From NCBI GenBank assembly GCA_043228905.1, contig JBHGNT010000011.1, forward strand, positions 124,001 to 188,000: a stretch of 64,000 nt of DNA. The letters run 5' to 3'. Below the pieces are notes generated by a model that saw only the letters and a program-made list of their open reading frames with translations, made no database searches and was not told the DNA's origin. Source of the stretch: Azolla caroliniana (lineage: Eukaryota > Plantae > Polypodiophyta). Both the position numbers and the translations under genes were made by a program. Positions 38,370-47,904 of this stretch are shown here, one piece after another (within the stretch, counting starts at the first letter, position 1; every line of letters starts with the position of its first letter).

Positions 38370-39121
38370 GCGTATCTCTATCCAAAGTTGATGTGTTTTG
38401 ATTTTACAACCTCCTCAATGACCTATAAAAGGGAGGGGAGAAGAAGAAGAGGGGATCCCGTTTTGGCAAGGACGAGGTGTTGTCGGATTGGGTATCTCGA
38501 GCTCTCTCCTCCTCTACCGTTGCTCTCCACTCTGTTTCGGGGTCGGTTGCCTCTGCTGCGTGTAAGTCCGCGTGCTTCCAGCAGAGGCTCCACCGTGCAT
38601 TCTCTGTGTTGTGTGTGTGTGTGTGTTGTGTGTGTGTGTGTGGGTTCTCTGTGTTGGGTCTGTTGCCGGCTTGCCGGTTGTAATCTTGCATACATTGTAA
38701 CCTTGCTAGTTATTAAATTCAAACTTCTATTTTCTCTCTCTTTGTGTTCTCGTGAGTTCCCTCTACCTTGTCTAGTGAGCGTGTATCAAGTTCGGAGACT
38801 ATATGCGTTCAGGTCTTATTCAGCTAGTAACACTGTCGGCAACGAGCAGGCCTAACACTGGCGTATCTCTCTCTCTCTCTTTTGATCTCTTAAACCCCTC
38901 GGTCCAAGATCCCCACGGTCTCGCCTTAGTTTCTCCTGCATGAGCGGAACAACACGACAACGGAGCCAACTGATCCTCCCAAATATCGTTCAGCCGGATT
39001 GCGGTCGTTCCTAGAGTCATGTTTGCTTCGAGTGATTACGACGAGTGAGAGAATAGCGTCAGATGACCTATTCAATTTCTACCTAATCGAGTGAAGCGCA
39101 AATGTGGCCTAATCGAGACAA

Positions 39122-39592
39122 TGTCATGATAACAGTCACATCATGCATCGAAAGGATCATGACACTCACATTATGACTCGAAAGGATTTGAACCCACGAC
39201 CTTGTTGTACACATGTCAAATCCTTAACCATTGTATTAATATTCTTATATGTATAGTCTCTAGAATATGAAATCTAATATCATAGGAATATTCTATATTA
39301 CTCTACATTCTAGAATGACCTAGAATATTCTAGAGTGTTCTATACCACTAGAACCTTCTAGAATACTCTAGAGATCTTCTAGATTACTCTACATTCTAGG
39401 ATAACCTAAAATATTCTAGAGTGTTCTCTATTACTTATAAATAGGGATCTACCACCCATCCCAAACCTAAATTGGTTCAACGCCATTTTGTGGCCTACTC
39501 TTTGTAATTCATTTTACGCTTCAATATAATAATTCTCTTTCAATCATCTCTCTATCTCTTTTTCTCTCTCTTTCTCTCTCTCAATCTTGACA
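39122..39592 (+). mobile_element. Solo LTR of chromovirus family 2
   Basis: Near-identical to the reverse complement of 58505-58975; TGTCA...TGACA; TSD GACAA at 39117-39121 and 39593-39597. Confidence 0.96.
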
Positions 39593-40244
39593 GACAAGAG
39601 TCTCATTCCGAGCGTCTACAGTCATAAAGTCGGGGTACATCTGACTGGATCATACCAAGAGTGATTTAGAACAGTGGAGTGCGTACTTTGTTAGTGTTTC
39701 TCTCTGTGAGAAACGATCTTGTTCCGAGTTGCCCACCACGATCAACTGAGATCTTCGCGGTATAAAAAAGAAGAGTTGTCGATGGAGGCTAGATAGATTG
39801 CAGCAACAAAATAAAATAGAACCTTGCTCTAATACCAGATGTTGTGGTACCATCATCTAATGTGGAACAGGATCAACACTATTCTAGGAGAAGATCATAA
39901 GCATATGCAAAATCATAGTAGATTGATGGCAACATAGACAGAAAACAAGAATGCAACTAGTACGCAAGAGAGAGAAGACACAGCTAGGCACAATCGTTAA
40001 GAATATATTCAACCACCATAACTAGGTTACAAAGTTAGTTTATATACTGACTAAATTAGGGAATCTACCCTTCTCACTATTTACATAAATAGCATAAGCC
40101 TAGTGTGTACAAAGGAGACGGTGTGAATATGGCCATTAGAAGCCCATATTCAACAACTCCCAGTGAAGTGTTAGGCCTACCTGAGCTTCCATCGGCAGCA
40201 CATTAACTGACAACTATTCTACAGTTCGGCACATCTTACGAACT

Positions 40245-40878
40245 TGTCGAATGGCTTGCCCAACGAATGTCATATGTATCTAGGTTGCTTGCCCAAGAGC
40301 ACAAGGATCGAAATATGTTGGGAATTTGGTCCCTCCGAATGGGATCCGGATGAGAACCGGACGAGCCGAACGTTGGAACTGAATCCAGAAGGGTTCCGGA
40401 TGGATCCCGAAAACCGGATCGAGTGAATCCGGATGAATTTGGTACAAACTGGATCCAAGGACATATGTGTAAATATGTTTCATTGTTAGCCTATTGAGGT
40501 TGTATTTGTAAATAGCCCAAAAGTCATATAAATATAAATATGACTTAGGGCAATCACTTTAGTAAGTTGTAAAAGTGTAGAGCATTGTATATTGTTGTAT
40601 ACAGAGAGGGAGAGAGAGACACAGAACCTATTTTTTGTTTGTAACCGCCGTTAGCGAAGACATAGAGCTCGAGGTCGTTGCCTCAGAGTTTCACTTTGTA
40701 TTCCTCCTCTCATAGTGATAGTTGGAGTCTATGGGGCTCCCATAGTTTTTCCCGTTTAGGGTTTTCCACGTAAACATCTTGTGTTGTCTCTTTGGTGTAA
40801 GTGTACGAACCTCCACTTCTATTTCTTTGTTCTTGTTGAGCTTGAAGAACAATACGAAGTCAATTGAAACGGCCGACA
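40245..40878 (+). mobile_element. Putative solo LTR
   Basis: TGTCG...CGACA termini, a TATA-rich block, (GA)n and an LTR-like 'gggttttccacgtaaa' motif. It interrupts the accessory ORF, but the flanks do not form a clean TSD. Confidence 0.55.
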
Positions 40879-42564
40879 ACGGAACGCCAAAAATAAGGGT
40901 GAGGCAATTCAAATGCCTCCGTTAAATACGACATTGGTCGAAGTACAACGAGAATATGCATGGACTAATAGGGTGGTTAGAGATATGGCAAAAGCATGCA
41001 AGAAAGCAATGGCAGCAACAGATCGGTTGCACGATTAGTATTCAAGAGCTCAAGCGGACAACGTCGACCTATCGGAAAGACTCCAGCAAACAAAGGTAAA
41101 GCTCAAGGAAGCTGAAGACTAGTTGCAGAAATATCACTTGGTTGACATTCCACAAGTACCTGATCAACAATTCAGGGATCAACTACGAGAAACTAAGAAG
41201 AAGGTCGACAAAGCAAATGAAAGAACTGCCAAGGCAGAAGAAAGGGTAAAAAAATTGTAAAACCGCATAACACTAGCCAAAACCGAAATAGGCAAGTGGT
41301 TGGATAGCAAAGATAATCCTATCCAATAGTTAAAGCGAAGGCTTGTGCAGCAGCAGAACGCGACGACACAATAGGAGGAAAAAGTGTAGTAGTTGGAAGA
41401 GTATATTAGGATATAAGAGGACTATTTTGTAGAGCATATGTCCGAAACAACACTCCAAACATCCGAAATGCAGGAGGGAACGACTCGAGTTGGAGAATAC
41501 CGATTTGAGAAGATTCCACCCTGAACTCGAGGCTAAATATGAAGAAAAGCGGTTGGTGTTGCTGGTAGCCAAGACAAAATTCATGACAGAACAAGGGTCA
41601 TTCAATGCTCGAATGGCCGAGATGCGGGAGGAACAAGCCGCGATGCAATATCAGGTCAATACGGATGAAGAAAAATTCAATCAGATCTTAAGGGCACACA
41701 AGCTCCGAACGTTGAAGTTGGTAGCCGACACCCTCAACAAAGGATGGAAGACCTAGTCGGCACAGGCAACCGAACTGCAAATATTACGCACGGACCGGGA
41801 TAATAGAAAAAAGTAGGGCATATGTTTTTTTTAAATGAATGAGGAAGCCATCACAACAATACAGGAGGACATCGCTTGTGACTTGTACGACCTCGCAACC
41901 AATCCTCAAGCGGAGATCACGCGACTAATGGAGGAATTTGATGCTCATGACATCGACACCTCAGTCAAACTTGATGGCTATGAACGGAAACGGTGGCAGT
42001 TGACAGCCGAGCTTGGAGCGCCAAGGGCACTGGTAGCACAACCACCATAGACAAATGACACTGACAACAATGTGAACGTCACCGACACCAAACATGAGCA
42101 AGAAGAAGAACCATCACCGTTCAACATACTCCAGGACGAAGATGATGAACAAGAAGCTGATGACAACGAAGACAACCCTAAACCTACGAGTCAAGAGTAC
42201 GACATTACAGTGGGTTCGACTATGCAAGGCACTGTCCCACGAGTGTGCCAAGTGTTAGCCGGTTGGCTACAGGGTTGGAGGGTCGAAGTCAGACAGATAT
42301 GAAAGCATAGGGGTCGACAAGGTTCGGAAGCACGAGAGAGTCGGAGTCGGATCGACAACGTGGATCGATCAGTCAACATTTTGCCAAGTAGATAAAAGAA
42401 ATATTAGAATTAGTTAGATAGTTTTGGGGTAGTTCTTGCCTAACAAAGGCAAGTGTATTCTTGATAATAGACTCTTGGTTTTACCTATAAAAAGGGAACT
42501 GAGAGCAACGGTGTAGTTTTGGAACTGAGGTCTGTTATTTCCTCTCCGATGCTAGATCTACCTC

Positions 42565-42860
42565 AAAATGGTAGTATAAGCATTTTGCAACAAAATGTAA
42601 AGGAGAAGTCCTTCGGTAATTCAATGCCCATTGTTAGCTCTGTAGTATTGTTTTAAGATAGATCAAGGTTGCTCCTATCAATAAGGATAAGGGTAAAAGA
42701 AGGAACAGGCGGGGCATACAAGGATGTTGAAAGCGGGCCTGTCTTCCGAGACGTACCAAGATTTGATGTATGCATTGTAATTCTTTGGTGTTAATATTGG
42801 GTAAAACCAAACATCACATTGCAATCATTGTGATAGCATGTTTCCCTTAAATCATAATCA
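42565..42860 (+). pseudogene. Possible C-terminal fragment of a MULE-SWIM-type transposase
   Basis: A basic stretch GKRRNRRG followed by KI*CMHCNS resembles the C-terminus (KMRCLHCDA) of the transposase at 8700-8830. The similarity is weak and the frame is disrupted. Confidence 0.3.
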
Positions 42861-43298
42861 TAGTGATATCTTGATTGTTATGAAAACTTTGATGGGCCAA
42901 CGTATATTGATTGATGATGGGGTAGAGTGCATAACAAGTGCTACAAATGTTGATGTTCATTACCCAGATGTTGTGGGAGAATGATGGTTCACAATAATAA
43001 ATAGTGATGGAGTATCTATCACTAATATTTATGCTTCAAAAATTAGAATTCTTGCAACATAGATTTGTTATTTAAACAAATTTGTTCAGACTTTGGTGTA
43101 ATTCAGTTTTGTCATGATTGATTCTCATTTCTAAATCCATGTTTTTACTCATTCCTATATTCATATTTGTTAATTGTTGAATGGTAACCTTGTTTGGTGC
43201 CTTTTGTAGGGTCCATAGATATGAGAAGAGGTTGATGCCATTTTGCAACTAGTGTGGTCAAGATTCTTCTCATATGATATTTGACTAAGCTATGTACG

Positions 43299-44843
43299 TG
43301 TTGTCCGCTGCAATAGTAACCGACGGACAGGAGCGCAGAAATATAGAATATAGTATAAACGTAACACATGTAAACGGTTCACACGAGAAGTGTGAACGGC
43401 TAAAAGACCCTTTGTATATAAAGGGCACAAATCCTCTAATAGAGGTAGCGTGTAAATTTTGGTGCATAGAGTGTATCTTAATAGATTTTTAGCTTCTCTG
43501 ATATCTTGTGCAAATCTGTGGTTAATCTACTGTGTGTCTGTGATTCTTGGTGGCGTAGTGTAATCACTGTATAGTAAGAAGCGTAGGCGTGAGTGCGAGC
43601 GTTGTGACTTGTGCACTGTCTAGGGAGTTCGGTTGTAGCCATCTCTCTTATACACTACTAGGATACGGAGAGTTATCCCGTTACGTATTACGATACACTG
43701 GTACCATTGGGCGTGCCAAAAGTGTTACCGATTAGGAACATGGTCTTCAGTCAGTCCGTACGTGAGGACCTAGTGCAACACTATTGCACGCTAGCGGACC
43801 AACACTCTGAGGAACTCGCGCAGCTACTAGATGATTTTGGCAAAAGTCAGGAGGACCTGTTTCACCAGATCTTGCAAGCCGGCAGCACGTGAACAAATGA
43901 GGAATCCATCGCAATACCAATCCTAGATATTGCCGACCAAGAGGAACCTCAGCCCATGTCACCAGAAATAACCTCTACGTTGGATAGCACGGAACGGCAA
44001 GCGGAGCCCCCCGCGATACCAGAAAGTGAAACCGTCATCCAAGAGGAACCCTAGCCCCATTCCCGGAGTGTGCGACTACGGTCGACACCACGGAGGAAGT
44101 TACGGACGAGACAAAACCTCGACCTACCGCAAGCCCGCCGATGCCAGAACCAACCACAATAGCACAAGATGAGCCCACAAAGCCCGAACCGCCCACACAA
44201 GAAGCCAGCGACACCAGGGGAAGTCCTACCCAACGCGCCTACGGACACTATGTCGTCCCCGGACCCGAACACCGGAGCAGAACCAAACATCAGGGACATT
44301 TTGGAGGAAGATTAAAGGGGTGGGTCCGACATGCCATGGCACTATCCCACAATCGTGCCAGGTGTTGTCCGCCGGAATAGTAACCGACGGACGAGTGCGC
44401 AGAAATATAGAATATAGTATAAACGTAACACATGTAAACGGTTCACGCGGGAAGCGTGAACTACTAAAAGAACCTTTGTATATAAAGGGCAGAAATCCTC
44501 TGATAGAGGTAGCGTGTAAATTTTGGTGCATAGAGCGTATCTTAATAGAGTTTTATCTTCTCTGATATCTTGTGCAAATCTGTGGTTAATCTACTGTGTG
44601 TTTGTGATTCTTGGTGGTGTAGTGTAATCACTGTAATCGTAAGAAGCATAGGCGTGAGTGCGAGTGCTGTGACTAGTGCACTGTCTAGGGAGTTCGGTTG
44701 TAACCATCTCTCTTATACACTACTAGGATACGAAGAGTTATCCCATTACGTATTACGGTATGATGGTACCATTCATGGCAACGCAGTCACCTTGAGGTCT
44801 AGGTCGAAGGACTGACTAAAGACCGTGTTCCTAATCGGTAACA
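43299..44843 (+). mobile_element. Small non-autonomous LTR element (TRIM-like) with atypical primer and PPT regions
   Basis: Direct repeats at 43299-43707 and 44363-44843 (the 5' copy lacks the last ~70 bp). TGTT...AACA ends; TSD GTACG/ATACG; short decayed ORF from the ATG at 43740. Confidence 0.8.
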
Positions 44844-45455
44844 ATACGATTGTTCACAATAAAAATAGTGTTGAAACATTGTTTCTTCACTTTTCAACAT
44901 CTGTAAAAATTATGTTGAAACAATATATCTTGTTTCAATATATGATTATTGGGGAAACTTGTGTTCCATTTGATTATGTGTGTCTCTTGATTCATTATGG
45001 TATTTTTCAAAAAAGTATAATATATAAGTGTTGAATTCGGTTGAATTAGCAATTTTGTTGGGTTTTTGCTATTCTTCCGACTCTATAATCATATGAAATT
45101 CCGTTTTGAAAACACGTAGTATTGTGGGATATATGTTGCATGGCATGATGCTACATGAGTTAAGAATTAGTGATGGGTTTGGTAAAGATTGAGCTATACT
45201 AAATGCTAGTTTGAAATGCATCTAGACTGAAAACATTACAGGCACAGAATGTATTTGTCCAGCTAACAAAACACAATGTGGTCTCATGGCATACATTGTC
45301 ATGTGGATTTGCTCAATCTATTTTAAGCTTGATTGGGCCATATAGATCTGTTGAACACTTTTTGTAAAGCTAATATATATGCATAATTCTTACAATTCAA
45401 TGTGCCATTGTTTTGTAATATAGACCTATGATTTGGGGATCTCTCAGATGCTTTT

Positions 45456-45543
45456 ATTGGTATGTGCGATTGAGCATTGATATTAGCTTTACTTGTTGCC
45501 AGTGGTTTCATGCTCATATCAATGCTCAATCGTACGTACCAAT
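45456..45543. repeat. 32-bp inverted repeat (hairpin) with a 24-nt loop
   Basis: attggtatgtgcgattgagcattgatattagc / gctcatatcaatgctcaatcgtacgtaccaat. Confidence 0.9.
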
Positions 45544-46440
45544 CGAAGTTGTTTGTTGCCTTCTACCATTCACCATCTCCCAACAATATGAATCAATTGT
45601 AATAACATTTTTTCTATGGCATCTTCTCATGTAGTAATGTCTTACTACATTGTTTATATCCTTTGCCATTCGATGATTGATCCCATGGTGCCAACCAAGA
45701 TCAATGCATTTCAAATAGTTTTTTCCTTTGAAGCTACCTTCTACAATCTCGACATGAATAAGTTTGTAAAAGATATGGATCAAGTTTGTGGCTCTTCTCC
45801 ATGTGGAGATTATGCACATTTCCTAAATGAGTTGCTTTCCAAATGACTATATTCCACTTTATAGTGCTTAAATAGGTATCAAAGTTTGTATAGATATCCA
45901 TCAATGAAATCCATTTATTTCTATGCATCATTGACCTCCACAGGAGGAATTGACACTAATGTCTCCTATATTCATAAACTTTAGCTCTCTTACTATTCTT
46001 CATAGTGGGCATATCTAAAGGTATGATAACAGATTATATGTCAATAATATCCAAAATGGAGAGAATATGCTAAAGTTCCACAGTTTTTAAAATGATTGAC
46101 TTGCTTCTATGTCCAAGATGGAAAAAAGTGTATGGAAAAATTCTCAAATAGTCCTTGCTCTCATTTAGAGCAAAGACTGTTGGTTCCATGTACAAAATCA
46201 AAATAATAAAACAAGGCTAACAATTGGAATAGATCATATGTTGAAACCACTGACTTCTATTTCAAACTTCAAGATAAAAACGACACAAAATGTTATCACT
46301 CAAAATAACATTTTATTGTAGTTGAGTGATAATGTTTTGTTGTAGCTATCACTCAACTACAATAAAAAGTTATGTTGAAACAGAAACAAGAGAGGAAGCA
46401 CACGAAGGTGAGAGGGAGAGAAAGAAAAACAAGCCGAGAT

Positions 46441-46513
46441 GGATGTAGCTCAGTTGGTAAGGTTGCCCAATGGAGACCAGGTAGGTGGTCAGGGGTTCAA
46501 CCCCTACATTCCA
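46441..46513 (+). other. tRNA-derived sequence (SINE head or tRNA pseudogene)
   Basis: A box TAGCTCAGTTGG at 46446 and B box GGTTCAACCCC at 46494, at tRNA-like spacing. The anticodon arm does not fold. Confidence 0.6.
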
Positions 46514-47904
46514 TAGTGGCATCTAGTGAAATAGAGATATATATGAAGTATATAATAGAGAGGTGAGGAAACTGGGTTTTGAACCCAAGACACAATGCTC
46601 CCAAGACACAATGCTTGTAGTGTTATCAACTTACCACTAGGGTAAGCTAATTACAATAGAAAAAAGAAAACAAAGAAAGAGAAACAAGTGAGGAAACACA
46701 CAAAGGAGAGGGGGAAATAAGGAGTCTGGACGGTCCTAATCATCCGAGATTCCCCAAACCACTTTAGGGCCATCCAAGCCCTAGATTCACGGGCTCTCAC
46801 TATTTAATGTTTCTGTATCAAATAGTGAGCCTTTGAGGCTTCCATGATTTGATGCAAGTGCTTTTATGCATTGAAGTATGATGTCCTTGAACCTATTGGT
46901 TGCCTACCGTGAGAATGGTGACCCCTTGGGAGTTCAATAGTGACCCTTGAAGTGTTGGCCCCTTCAATGGAAATGGATTGAAATTATATTTTCGAAAGTA
47001 AATACAAGTGGATGCAAATCAATAGCACACATGAAGTCAATCTCGAGTATAGATTGTATCAATCATAAAAACTAAACCTTAAATCATATATAGTTATTCC
47101 AAATTGAAATAGGAATGATAACTAATGAATATTTTGATTAAAGAAAGAATGGTTTAAGGGTGTTTGTCCTCACCAATAGAGCTCCGACAACAATTCAAGA
47201 TGCCGTAATGAAGGGGTTGTTGTAAGTGCTCAAGACTCAATCCCCTTTATATAGCACAACACCTTAAGTTGCCTTACTACAATGTGTTCCAATGTGCCAT
47301 AGGTTCTTATGGGTTTACCCCAAGTCCCACAATAATTGGTTTCCACTTATACTAACCTTAAACCATTAAACTTAGCTTTAGAATTGGTCCTTAGGTTTAT
47401 GCCTACAACAAAAGTGGAGGGTAAAACGTATGCCATTGGCACCTTATTCATAAATATTTATCCAATAATAATACTTGGTGAAGATCCATAGACACCTCAT
47501 TCTTTATAATGTAATTTTCATACACATAATTATAAAACCACCACATTGAGCTCTCAGAAAAAAGTAATGTGATGTCATCAGAATGTGAACAATTTGAACA
47601 TCTTAGCAAATAATCAAGTATAAAGTATACATGTCAATGTATCTACATGGGTATCCGGAAATCAAAACATTTTATTGTTTGTGCATCATCGGACAAGCAA
47701 CAGGAGTTGTTGGATCGGTATGCATTAACAAACCGAAAAAAAGCTCTGCATTAATTCTATCAAGATTGGGAACATCATTTTTCTCTGTTGCATATGAATG
47801 TGTGAATGTAATGTTAAAAACTTTTAGAGATGTTTTACATCCCACCAGTTATAACATAAATCCATTTGGTATTTCCCTTTTATATTGGAAGGAAGGAGTC
47901 ACTG

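Larger units (their letters stand above)
27691..38959 (+). mobile_element. Non-chromoviral Ty3/gypsy element A (tRNA-Trp PBS), internally deleted; 3' LTR split by element B
   Basis: 5' LTR at 27691-28462; PBS TGGTGAACCCGACGTGA at 28469-28485. Gag N-terminus is fused to the pre-integrase region at ~28815; integrase zinc finger HESPWAGH..CKSC. 3' LTR is 30341-30503 plus 38370-38959. TSD ACGG. Confidence 0.92.
26610..40155 (-). mobile_element. Ty1/copia retrotransposon 2, internally deleted and non-autonomous
   Basis: 5' LTR at 39840-40155; truncated 3' LTR at 26610-26734; TSD ACTCC at 26605-26609 and 40156-40160. PBS TGGTATTAGAGC (tRNA-iMet type) at 39826-39837. RT/RNase H remnant at 26735-27560 (YADDML, MKDLG, YTDSDF, TEAEYVAA). 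No gag or integrase recognised. Confidence 0.92.
25620..42560 (+). mobile_element. 3' part of an unclassified LTR element carrying a long accessory (coiled-coil/acidic) ORF; host of copia 2; truncated 3' LTR from 42253
   Basis: Decayed + strand coding sequence at 25700-26609 continues across the copia-2 TSD at 40156 and again at 40880-42200 (E/K/Q-rich). A structured motif shared with the 43299 element follows, then TGTT and a TATA (cctataaaaggg, ~42484). No RT or integrase is visible. Confidence 0.5.

Noticed and set aside
39122-39190. Hammerhead ribozyme in the LTR hairpin (GAAA present)
   Set aside because: No CUGANGA core on either strand in the required position.
43299-44843. DIRS/Ngaro or Penelope element suggested by mixed direct and inverted repeats
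   Set aside because: TG...CA ends and a near-perfect 5-bp TSD indicate integrase insertion. No tyrosine recombinase, GIY-YIG or hammerhead core was seen.
45456-45543. miR171 family locus
   Set aside because: Only GATTGAGC is shared with miR171 as I recall it; the rest does not match.
46441-46513. Functional tRNA gene
   Set aside because: A and B boxes are present, but the anticodon and acceptor stems do not pair properly; kept only as tRNA-derived.
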